From Phoronis australis (Eukaryota; Animalia; Phoronida): a stretch of 64,000 nt of DNA. The DNA lies in the NCBI GenBank assembly GCA_002633005.1, contig NMRA01000055.1, forward strand, positions 1-64,000, written 5' to 3'. Each line of letters begins with the position of its first letter. The first letter of the stretch is position 1. The notes under the pieces were generated by a model, which saw nothing but the letters and a program-made list of their open reading frames with translations, did no database searches and had not been told where the DNA came from. A program made the position numbers and the translations under genes. Positions 39,019 to 50,517 of the stretch are shown here, one piece after another.

Positions 39019-39871
39019 AAAATATCTGTGACAAAGCCAGGGGCTACGGCTGATAACGCGGGAGAATTTTGATCTCAACCGACGTCAAAAACTTAAACAA
39101 ACTAAATTAGTGAACTTAAACTAATTAATAACCAATGCGAATGGCTCATAGTGGAATCTATTCCCCTTCTTTTAACTTAAAAAGAAGTGCTATGAAGTAC
39201 TGGTATTTGAATTTCTGTCCGCCAAATCTGAGTTAGAATCAACTGGAAGTCACTTTTGTGCTCTTAGTACATTAGAGAGCTCCAATTTGAAAAGTCCTCT
39301 ATAGCACATGCAACAGTCATGTGTGTGCAATGACACAATTTTGTTGTGAGTACAAATTCGTCAGTGCACGCGCATCTCTCGGAGGTCAACAAAGCCAGGA
39401 TTTTGCCTTTAAAAATTTCGACAAAAGATGCAAGATCCTTTTGAAAAATAATTTTTTTGTAACTTAGAATGAGAGTTTTTGGCTGGCAATGTTCTCGGTA
39501 TGTGTCAGTTTCAGCTGCGCTGCCATTTTTATGCTCTGCAATAGAATACAATGTCCCCTGCAATAACCGCACCTACTCTGTAGCTTGAAACTGATCCAGT
39601 TTCTGCATTTAAAAGCGTGCCTAATACTGTTTTGAAAATATGTGCAGTGGGAACTGAAATTCTCAAAAGTAGAAGGTGGGTGTTTAGCCAACAGTGAGTA
39701 TTTAATGCGAAATTTAGAAGTAGGGGGTGGGCGATTACATGAGTATGGGTTTAACCCAGGAGATTACGGTAATTCATAATTCTGGGGAACAAGGATGAAC
39801 AAATTAAATGCACAAATTGAAATGAATCAGTTTTGTTGTATGGTTTTTAACTGGTCATCTCTTGGTTGCAG

Positions 39872-39993
39872 TAACCTTAAAGACTACTAGTGGTTCCAGT
39901 TTCAAGGGGTTCCTCATCCAAGCACGGGTCGTTGGCTCCACCACTGCACAGGGAATGTTCGATGTCGTTCCTGGAACAAAAAGACTGTGCACG
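39872..39993 (+). CDS. FRRS1: FRRS1 coding exon 2 (Reeler)
   Basis: TTGCAG acceptor; VTLKTTSGSSFKGFLIQARVVGSTTAQGMFDVVPGTKRLCT with the Reeler FKGFLIQAR motif; donor GTAACA. Confidence 0.92.
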
Positions 39994-40326
39994 GTAACAT
40001 AGTCAAATACAGTCTGTGTTGGTTTGTTCTTGTATTATATAATATGTCAATATTTCTAATATTACAACTAAATCTCACTTTGTTAGGACACAACAATGTG
40101 CAAACTGGTGAAATTTCATTTTCTTAGTTTTCCATAAATGATACATAATGTCAAAATGACAATTTGCCATGTTCAAGATCTTCACCTAAAGCTACCAAAA
40201 TAAAAATATTTTGAAAAAACCTGGTCATTCACAACATTGTTAGAAGCCCTTTAAAATCTAAGAGAATGCTATTTTGGCAATTTTGTCCAAAATTGTTGGG
40301 ATTTCACCATGGGTTTTTTTAAACAA

Positions 40327-40452
40327 TATATTAATAAAGCACAAAAATAGTCCCAGGTGATCATTGCATTGGGCCCACATGTATGGCCTGCGCATGTTTT
40401 GGTACAACATGTACCTGACAACATGTTCCAGACCGCCTGCAATTATTTTTTT
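40327..40452 (+). mobile_element. SINE 3' fragment
   Basis: ATATTAATAAAGCACAAAAAT..CCAGGTGATC...CAGACCGCCTGCAATTATT matches 27490-27585. Confidence 0.65.
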
Positions 40453-40602
40453 TAACTCTTGGTAATTGCAAAGATTTTTCAAATTGCTGACATTTAACTT
40501 TTGTGTATTATATTGCTTGATCTTGCCAAACTCGCATGAACCAGCTCCACATACCACACCGCTGGTCTCAACATTTCGGCTAATTTCCATTGTCTTCCAT
40601 AG

Positions 40603-40706
40603 GGTGACAAAGCACTTACGCACGATGGTAATGTTTCTCCCTTTGGTTCTACCCTCAAGCTGACTTGGACTGCTCCTACGCCTGCTGTTGGCCACATCGA
40701 GTTTCG
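40603..40706 (+). CDS. FRRS1: FRRS1 coding exon 3 (Reeler)
   Basis: CATAG acceptor; GDKALTHDGNVSPFGSTLKLTWTAPTPAVGHIEF(R); donor GTAAGA, phase 2. Confidence 0.92.
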
Positions 40707-42015
40707 GTAAGACTGGAGATGGACGGGAGGGATTGATCGTGATCTGTAGTTATCTTCGGTACTTTCATTGCTCAAGGTTTGGTAATGATGAAGGAACAGC
40801 TTGCCTCACTATGCGAGTTATTAACATGTTTTGCATATTCAAGTCTACTTAATTGTCGAAGTTCTCTTTTTTTCGCTTTTAGTTTGATCAGTTTTGCTGC
40901 AAATGATGGAAACTTGACCAAATGTTGTTTTATGACATCTACACAGTGCAAACCAAGCAAATAATAAAATATTTTTTGCTTGGTTTATTAATTTTTTTGG
41001 AAAAGCTCAATTGCAAGTGTTCTTCACATTACATAATAATGTGGTTAATAATTAGGTATCTAATAAAGACATTTAATTGTACAGTAAAGCAACCTGACAT
41101 TCATAATGTTTCAAAAGTTGTGTGAATACTGTGTTTGTAATACATTTCAAACTATGTGTCATTTGAATTCTGTTAGGGTGTTTCACAGTCTGGAACAGTC
41201 AAAAGAAATATTCTTCTGTATATAGTACACATTAAACGTATTGTAAACAAAGTTACTCAGAACTCTGTCATGATGTCATGACCCAGGAAAACTTTGTTGT
41301 TATGAATGTTGTCTGACATGGCTAGGAATGACCAGAAATTTACCACGTAGTTAACAGGCAGTTTACGCTATTCTGTAATTAGGATTTTGCTGCATACGTA
41401 GTAAAGTCGTGATGGAAGAGGTATTTTATCGGACTATTTCTGACATGTACCGTGTGTATTGCACTGTTTTGTTAGATGTAGTGAGGAATTTAAGTTATAA
41501 TTAAGGATCAGTTTTCAATAAATTAAATTAGACCTTTCACTGTCATAAAGTTGATCTCATTGTATTCATTAGTGTTATGGGATTGTATTTCCGCCTGCAA
41601 CTCAAGAAAACATTTCAGACTTAATTTAGATGGGCCAATCGTAAAATTGCATGAAGAACATCAGAAACCTATCAGTGGCTCCTGAGAATTTTTTATATTT
41701 CATTGAGGCTGGCCATCCTAAACTTTTGAATTCGAAAACAGCGCTTGTATTCATTACCTGTGACTTGAGATGGTAATGGAAATGGAATCGTATAGATATG
41801 ACGAGACTGCTAGTTTTATTGATTAGAAGGACAAATTCGATTTTGATTTTTAGTGAGCTTAATTGGGCACAATGTTGCTTTAACTTCATGAATGCAACCA
41901 TGTGTCTTCTAAAAAAACATGGAGGTATGTGACAGAAGTTAGATCTTCTGAGATGCAAGGTTGGTACTCTTAAAAAATGATAAAAAAGCGAGAAGCTTGT
42001 CTCTTCTGTTTTTAG

Positions 42016-42118
42016 CGTGACATTTGTACAGGAATTGAAAACGTTTTGGGTCGCGGAAAAGTCAGCTGTCGTCCAAGATCCTACCGCGCCGCCACTCACC
42101 ACTAGTATCCCAGCCACT
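42016..42118 (+). CDS. FRRS1: FRRS1 coding exon 4 (Reeler end, Pro/Thr linker)
   Basis: TTTTTAG acceptor; VTFVQELKTFWVAEKSAVVQDPTAPPLTTSIPAT; donor GTAAGT. Confidence 0.92.
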
Positions 42119-42527
42119 GTAAGTACTTGCCTCTGTCATGACTGACTTAATTGGTTATTCTTAGAGGACAATCTCATCAGTTTCGCACAAACATAATTGC
42201 CGAAATTGTGCTGTTGTCATTTGTCTAAGACTTAATTGTTGTGAATGACCCACAAATTTCCAAAATATTGCCTGCTGGTGGCTATAATACAGAACTTGAA
42301 TAAGATGTGGTAATGATACACATGTGTGCAGCCTGGTTAGGGAAACTCGCTTTGATGTGTGGGGTGGGAAACTGAGTGATGTATGAAACATTGGGGTCAT
42401 AACTGTAAATTGAAAGTGACTAGGAGAGGGGAAGGGGGGATGTGTGCTCCCATTCTCGTCGTCCCCTCCATGTAGTAAACCATAAACTACATTTATGATA
42501 GCAGCTTGTGAAGGGACAAAATAATGC

Positions 42528-43037
42528 TGTACCCTGTGCACTTACTGCCAGTTGACAGTGTCAGGCATAAATAGTGTACCCTGTGCACTTACTGCCAGTT
42601 GACAGTGTCAGGCATAAATTGTGTACCCTGTGCACTTACTGCCAGTTGACAGTGTCAAGCATAAATAGTGTGCCCTGTGCACTTACTGCCAGTTGACAGT
42701 GTCCGGCATAAATAGTGTACCCTGTGCACTTACTGCCAGTTGACAGTGTCAAGCATAAATAGTGTGCCCTGTGCACTTACTGCCAGTTGACAGTGTCAGG
42801 CATAATTAGTGTGCCCCTTGCACTTACTGCCAGTTGACAGTGTCAAGCATAAGTAGTGTACCCTGTGCACTTACAGCCAGTTGACAGTGTCAGGCACAAA
42901 TAGTGTGCCCTGTGCACTTACTGCCAGTTGACAGTGTCAAGCATAAATAGTGTACCCTGTGCACGTACTGCCAGTTGACAGTGTCAGGCATAAATAGTGT
43001 GCCCTGTGCACTTACTGCCAGTTGACAGTGTCAAGCA
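42528..43037 (+). repeat. 47-bp minisatellite, ~11 copies
   Basis: TGTACCCTGTGCACTTACTGCCAGTTGACAGTGTCA(G/A)GCATAAATAG tandem. Confidence 0.95.
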
Positions 43038-43433
43038 ATAATTATGTGATGATGCCACTGAGGAACACTAGTGAGTAATTTTATGTAGTCAGGGAAAAAC
43101 GGTCATTGGAAAGAATAAAGGTTCTAGATCTGCACATATTCAGCAGATCCAACTTCATGTCTAGGTTACACAGTGGATTACACAAGCATACATTGTGTAC
43201 ATTAAACTGCCAGGCTATCATATATCCTATTTTCCGCAATTGTGTTATGTTTCATGAGAAATGACTTAAGACTTGAGTCAGAAGTTTGGGTATTTTAATT
43301 GAAATTTGTGGACAAATCGGGATTTTTCGTCTATCCAGATACCCTTGCTGTCCACCATCACAGACCCTTCTGCACTTTCTACACTTGGGGAAACTGCATA
43401 ATTATATAATAACAAACTGATTTTATATTGTAT

Positions 43434-43655
43434 CATGCGCGCACCCAGCCTTCAATATGGGGGGGGGCTCGAAATCCTGATGTTGTGGAACTTTTGGTAC
43501 CAAGAACATGAGCGGACTAAAAAAAAAAAAAACGGCACCACTGTGAATTGTGCTTGTTTAGTGCACTGTTGTCACATTTTCTCAGACTTTGTTTTTCTCG
43601 GAGGCTGACCTTTTTGCTCATTCGAGTCCCCCGAGCCCCCCTGGGTGCGCGCAGG
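43434..43655. mobile_element. MITE (CATGCGCGCACCCAG TIR), second copy
   Basis: Matches 23237-23496; ends CTGGGTGCGCGCAGG. Confidence 0.8.
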
Positions 43656-44890
43656 TGGATTATTTGTGACAATGCATTGCACGACCAAAACATAATCTCC
43701 TTATAGGTTCACAAGATTCAAGTTCGTGCAGCTGATGTGTGTAGTTGCTCATTTTGCTTACCATTTTGATAATTGTTTGGAATTCATGAAGACATTTATC
43801 ATGTTCTTAGTTTTGTTCATACTCGACTAACATGTTCATTTTTTATTCTTTGCTCTTGATCAAAAGAACTGACTGAAGTTACGTTTTTATACTGATGAAT
43901 AGACTCGTTTTTGTATGATCTCCAAGTGCTTGTGTGGTTTTCTAATGTGGTGACTGACCATCATAAGCAACAAGTTAAATATTTTTGAAAGTTCTTAATT
44001 CTGCATCACACTGCACTGATTTGATTGAGCAAATTCTCATTTACTGGACAAAGTACTGAAACTGTACTCAGAAAAGCGTTGCTATTAACAAAATGATCAT
44101 TTTTATAACTGTGGTAGACTGAAATGAATTCATATAAACTCCCAGTAGTTAATGTAATATCTGCTAAAGAAATATATTGTTTTGCTTTGGAGTGGTTATC
44201 AGTGCCTGACTCTATGGTTTCTCCTAATCAGAAATTTAAATCAGTTTAGACTTCTTGTGTCTGTGTCAAAAGAAGTCGGTGGTCTCGCATTTATGCACTA
44301 TTTGTAGACTTATTAACTGGGGGTATTCTGCTGTTCTTTAAACAGTGATTGTATACTGTATTTTAGCAAAGGCATGTGTCATGATGAACTGAGATGAAAA
44401 GTACAGTTTACTTCATTAGTTGTAGTTGCTTTTAATTAGTTCTTTTAATGGCCACCATGTATTTGCTAAAAACAGTTTTTAAGTGTTCTACAATTAGTTA
44501 CACTAACATTGATATCAAAATATGGAGATCCTGTTTCTTTCGCAAACGACAATTGATGCTACCCTCCGTTATCAGACGAGCATTTGCGTGTGATCCGAGG
44601 CGACTTCGCTCCATTATGTTCCTTTAGGATTGTTTAGCAATTCTAAGATTTGTGTGCAGCCGAGTGAAAATTGACTCATTTATATGAATTATCAAACTTT
44701 TTATTGAGATAGCAGAATTGATTTTACTATCTTGGAATCAACTTCAATTCGATGTTTTGCTTATAGCGACATTGTTGGCAACTAATGTTTGTTATTGGTA
44801 AACTCCAGATTTACCATCACCTTGTTCATCAGTGATAGTATGAATTGGCCAGTGTGTTCAGGAAGTGATGTCATTCATTGTTCATTGCAG

Positions 44891-45094
44891 GCCCCACCTT
44901 CTGGTAACCTCCCTACAGTGGTCCTGAGCTCTTGTGGTAAAACCAAAGGATGCTACCGCCAGCCTCTCAACTGCCAGGAACCCAATTGTGATGCCATTGT
45001 CACTTGGACTAGTGTTGGTGACAACGTCAACTTTGAAGTAGTCGGCAAATCTGAGGGCTATGTGTCCTTAGGGCTCTCAACAGACATGAAAATG
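44891..45094 (+). CDS. FRRS1: FRRS1 coding exon 5 (DOMON start)
   Basis: TTGCAG acceptor; ...CGKTKGCYRQPLNC...GYVSLGLSTDMKM; donor GTACAA. Confidence 0.93.
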
Positions 45095-46443
45095 GTACAA
45101 AACTATGAGGGGATGCCAGTTTGAGTTCTTATAACATTCACTTATCTTGAGTTCGCACTAAAGTGGAACGAAAAATATGACTGTCCTCTTGTGAGTTTGA
45201 GCACAAAGAGTAAACCCTGAACCCAGGTGGTGCTTTTTAAAAATGTAATCTATGTATGTTGCGTAAATAGGGCTTTGGCCCACATTACAGATATATAATA
45301 AACAGAGAGTGTAGGATATCTTAGCCAATTCTAATTTACACCAAAAAACTAATTTTGATGTTTCTCAGCATTACTATTTAGCAATTATTGTTCTCAAATT
45401 ATTTAAATGGTGGGTCTGTAGGAGATCTAAAAAAAAAATACAAAAAGATTTATCCCAGCCCGTGTAAGAAGGGTTCAGATGTTGCTGAGAGTGCAAAAAT
45501 GAAAGGATTCAGATCCATTTCAGTTGACATCAGGTGATGGTGGGAAGAAAAAGGAAGGATCCGACCCATTCCAGTTTGCGTCAGGTGACTTTCTTTTCGA
45601 AGAGGGGGGGTAATTAAAAAAATTCCGCATCACTACACCAAGAAAATCCTGTTCCAATTTTGCCATGTACTGGCTTGATATTTACTTTCTGCATGCTATT
45701 TCTTTCGTGAAGTTGTGGCTTAGTTAGAGTGTTAAATTTTGCCCACATGTTGTGGGGTTCACACTGTCCGCTGAGATTGTGGCCTTGTGGTCATCAGTGA
45801 TTGACCTGTGGCTCAGGTGTTCCTTGATCCACAGTCATGAGGTCATGGGGTCATATTTTGTACAGCCAGTTCTTTGACTGGGTGTGTCTATTGGGATTCA
45901 TTCCCATTCTAGACCCTATCCACTACATCTACAGTCAACTAATTGTCATTTAAGTGTGTTCATTCATGGAGTTTTCTTAAAAAGAGAGATCAGGCGTTTA
46001 AAGTGAGGGTTGACAAAGGCATGCTATTAGCAGTCACGCAAGTTATTAGAATTACATTTAAACGCAAAATTATAATATTCTGGCCAATTAGGTATGAGTA
46101 TCGTGGGTCACATGTTGTGTCAGTGGAATGTAGCCTTTTCAGAGTAAGATTTCGGGGCGGGTGATTAGAAGCAGCAATTGAGTGTGAATTGTTTTTCAGA
46201 CTGCAAGTGGGACACTGGCTCCTATGTAATCATGGAATTGTTTGTAATTCCATTTATTATTATGCATCATTATACCAAGGTTTGATTTACAGTTAATTAT
46301 TAGTTTTGCAGCTGAATGTTACAACTTTCAGTTGTTGAATATATAAGAAAGTGTACTTCCTAGTTGTATTAAATTGTATCTTTTTGTGGCCCTGTTTCTA
46401 CTGTTAACCTTTTCACAAGCCATTCATTCATTTGTCCTTTCAG

Positions 46444-46539
46444 GGAGATGACAGCGTAATTGACTGCAGGAAAAGCAGCCTTGGTACCGTTGTGGTTGAG
46501 AACTCGAAAAACAGTGGCCGATCAAATAATAGACTGAGT
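46444..46539 (+). CDS. FRRS1: FRRS1 coding exon 6 (DOMON)
   Basis: TTTCAG acceptor; GDDSVIDCRKSSLGTVVVENSKNSGRSNNRLS; donor GTAAGT. Confidence 0.92.
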
Positions 46540-46874
46540 GTAAGTGTTCAAAATGGTACACCTGATGTCCGTTATTGCTCTGCTTTATGTTGTAGAGTTT
46601 ATTTCAAATTGGTAATATCACAAGCAATGGTCGTGATTTGGAGCCTGGCTATTGTATCTGATCATATTCAATAGTCAACTAATTGGGTGTTGGTTTATAA
46701 AGGCTATTACTCATTACTGAAATACATATTTGGCGTTTAAGCACTGGAGCCTCATGGACATGACTAGCAACTCCATCTAGTGTTTGATCACAGAATCAGC
46801 ATTTTCCCATTTGGCTGAAAGCCATGTTTATTTCATCTAAGTGTATAGGAATGACATTTGTACTAGACTGAAGT

Positions 46875-47501
46875 AGTCTATTTGTCCCATAATACTCCAC
46901 GCCAGTAGTATACTTGCCCCGTAATACTACACAGCACTAGTATACTTACCCCATAATACTACACAGCAGTAGTATACTTACCCTATAATACTACACAGCA
47001 GTAGTATACTTACCCCATAATACTACACAGCAGCAGTATACTTAACCCATAATACTGCACAGGAACAGTATACTTTCCCAATAATACTACACAGTAGTAT
47101 ACTTACCCCATAATACTACACAGCAGTAGTATACTTACCCAATAATACTACACAGCAGTAGCAATACTTACCCCATCTCACTACACAGCAGCAGTATACT
47201 TACCCCATAATACTACACAGCAGCACTTTACTTACCCCATAATACTACACAGCAGTAGCAATACTTACCCTTTGACACTACACAGCAGTAGTATACTTAC
47301 CCCATAATACTACAGAGCAGTGAGTATACTTACCCCATAATACTACACAGCAACAGTATACTTGCGCCATAACATTACACAGCAGTTAGAAATTAGTATA
47401 CTTGCCCCATAATAATAATACACAGTATACGTACCCCATAATACTACATAGCAATAATATACTTACCCCATAATACTATACAGCAGTAGTTTACTTGCCC
47501 C
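46875..47501 (+). repeat. ~32-bp minisatellite, ~19 copies
   Basis: AGTATACTTACCCCATAATACTACACAGCAGT tandem with indels. Confidence 0.95.
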
Positions 47502-48216
47502 ACAGTTTCACACTATTGTCATTCTACTCACTATTAGATTAAATTGTGTTTAAATTAACACCTTGCCTTTCTAGTGCTAGTTAATTCTTACTGCTCTATT
47601 GTGACTTCCAATCCTGACACCAAACACAGACCAGCTGGGCTCGTGCGATGTATTGTTTAGTACCTTTCTTGATCATCTTGACTCAGAAATTTTAAGCATG
47701 AGTCTGTCCTTTCAAAACTGTGACATTCATTTAGACCTTCGCTAAGGAGGTGAAATAACTTGGAGACTTGCTTATTTTAATTGTATGAGTTCTTCAGCAA
47801 CAACAATCCTCAAATTTATTCCTATCACAGAAATTACTTTCGGTCTGAGTTACAAATTCACAGCAATAAGTGATGGTATAATTCAAAAGATGGAAGTGTT
47901 CTACTTCTTAATTTACCAGTTTGATAGTACTTTTATGAAAGATTATATCCTCAGTTGCCACAATTAAAGATTTTGCTGCTTGCTGTTTGTTTCTGTGGTG
48001 TTTGCCCGCTGTACACTTACAGACTTAGTTACTCAGTTAATTCGCCTGATTCAGTTTTGTACGGTGGTTAGAACAAAGCACTATATTAGTGACAGAATGT
48101 TACAAGATGTGTTGCAGTCAACTTTTCCTTGCAGGCAGTGCAGTGACCTACTTTGTCAAGACTAAATTACTTTCAGATTGTATGTTAATGTGTATTTATT
48201 TTATTCATTTTCCCAG

Positions 48217-48373
48217 TCTGAATTGACAACAGGGATTTCCAATATAAAAACAAGCTTCAACAACAAGATACTGCGATGTACGTTCACTCGTGCCAAGTCA
48301 CCATCAGTCAACGATATTAAACCCTTGACCAAGTCATACCACCTTCTGGTTGCTAGGGGACCAGTGATTGGAG
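48217..48373 (+). CDS. FRRS1: FRRS1 coding exon 7 (DOMON)
   Basis: CCCAG acceptor; SELTTGISNIKTSFNNKILRCTFTR...YHLLVARGPVIG; donor GTCAGT, phase 1. Confidence 0.92.
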
Positions 48374-49667
48374 GTCAGTGACTCGTTACCATATTATTGT
48401 GACTTTACTTTTGCAAGAGTTCCTAACAACCAGGTTTTTATATTGAGTGTCAGTGTGAAACCATTTAAACTGTCATTCAAACATCAATTAATACTTCAAA
48501 TGTTGAAGTCGAGTAAAACCATTGAATGAGACATAACATTCGATGAAAATAAACCTATAATGCAATGTCCATCCAAAGTACTAAACAAATAGGACACAGA
48601 CCCAACATGCCAGGTTACAGTGTCATAACTGATTCCAGCTATTTCATCTTGTATCTTGTTTTCAAACGTTTTCTCCTGATCACCAATCTGTTAAAGGGTA
48701 ATTGCCTAAAATACGACGATCCCTAGAGAACTCATTTGTGCTGGAGGTAGGAAAATGCATAGTTATGTTGACCTTGTTTTATGTTGGGCCGATACGAGTA
48801 ATCGAGTTAAAATTATCCTGTTCATGGATTTTTCTCAAGTTTATCCAAGTTTCTGCCATAAGAGTTGCAGATCGCACCACACTGGGAAGTAATACTTTGC
48901 CTCTATTGGAATGTCGAATATGGCTAATGCAGTTGAGAAAAACAACCAATAACATCAGAAAAGCTGCAAAAATGAGGCTACAGAACTGCTTGATGGATGT
49001 TACAACATTGTTGGTAAATTGCACGAGATTCAAGTGTCGCTGTATAATCTGTTAACTATTTTGTTGTTGTGAATAGTTTTACAGTTTCTTAAAACATTGT
49101 TTGAAGGTAGCTATGCTGTGGCACTTTAAAATCACATTTGGGTATTGCATGCCTTTTATGAAAAGTGAATGAGCAAAATGTGCCTTGTTTGCCATATTGC
49201 GAGACTTAATATTTTAATATAATTTTAAATCTTCTTGTTTGCCAATGAGCTTCCAGTCCCGTTTCGCCCATCGCATAGGCTCCGAAATTGGAAAATGAAG
49301 TTAATATATTACTCTTCTCTTGCAATAAAATTTTTATGTACTTGTTTCAATACTTTTCTTGTGTTTTTTTGTGGCAACCAATTGAATTTTAGTTTCCGCC
49401 AATATGATACTGAATGTTCATTTCAGCCAGTATGGTATTGAATCATCATGTCATCTTACGTAACTACTGATATCATTTAGTGAATCATACTTGGCTTGTT
49501 TTGTTTTTTGTCACCAGTGCTTTAAATTCCTTTGTACAAGATCTAGATTACATAGCCTGTCCAATGTTATGAAAGGCTTGAAATTAATCCCTTTGTCAGA
49601 TAATTAATGCTGTTGTATTGTTTTTACCAAATTTCACTTTATACATCATACAGTCTAATACCAGTCT

Positions 49668-49815
49668 GAGCCTGTTTCACTAAAATGTCATAACTTTACA
49701 ACATTTTTTTCATGAAGTCAAAACAGAGACTTACGCAAAATTTATGACTGGTGGCAAGTCTCTGTTGAGATTCTGTGTAAAAATGTAAGAAAAACTATTT
49801 TAGTGAAACGAGCCC
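49668..49815. mobile_element. Short MITE (Harbinger-like ends)
   Basis: GAGCCTGTTTCACTAAAAT / ATTTTAGTGAAACGAGCCC inverted ends; internal CAGAGACTT/AAGTCTCTG inversion. Confidence 0.55.
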
Positions 49816-50409
49816 CAAAATTAGAGTCATTTTGGGCTTGAGTATGCATGGTGACTTTCCGGTGAAATCGCCATCTGATAAAATTTTAAAATTTCTTCAA
49901 ATCTGTGAGTGATCATCCCAGTTGATGTGTCAAAATTTAATGTGCGTTTGGGTTGTGGCTGTTGGTGTTCACCCCATGGAAAGCAGTGTGAACTGATGGG
50001 CCTACCCTCATTGTAAATATTTTGCATTTTGGGCATGTCCAGTTTGAAATGGACACAAGCTGTTCTTATCTTTTGTTAGCTCATGACTGCATTCTGTAGA
50101 GGCAAGAAATTCCAAGATTACTCACATCTTGCGGAATATCGCAGCTCGTTAGAAGCACTGCACGTGGTTGCATCAATTTTTCTCGCAACTGTCTTGCATC
50201 TGTGAAATGTAATCCCAACATTTGCACTTTTGGAATGCCTTTCTTTTGTTATCAGTCATTTCATTTCAAGAGAAATCAGTAGACCAGTCTTTGAATTGGC
50301 TGCCAAATCAATTCAAATATCTCTTTAGGGCTTAGAAAGTTTGCTTCAATGCAAAGTATGAAGTTATTGCAATAACTGTCAGATTTTATTGCACATGTTA
50401 CCATTACAG

Positions 50410-50517
50410 AATCCAAGCTTCAACACACGTCACCCCCATTTGTCTCACCACAAGTCGACTTCAATGTCAATGGCAACTTCGGGGGCACTTCTTTAGATCC
50501 TCTCATCAAACTTCACG
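50410..50517 (+). CDS. FRRS1: FRRS1 coding exon 8 (DOMON end, b561 start)
   Basis: TACAG acceptor; ESKLQHTSPPFVSPQVDF...DPLIKLH(G); donor GTATGT, phase 1. Confidence 0.92.

Noticed and set aside
38522-39053. His/Cys-rich repetitive proteins (KEHHVAHIFLC)n suggestive of metal binding
   Set aside because: A 33-bp unit leaves nearly all frames on both strands open; no fitting splice sites; derived from a dispersed repeat.
41177-41280. Possible exon after TGTTAG (GVSQSGTVKR...)
   Set aside because: No Reeler similarity; exons 3 and 4 already join in phase.
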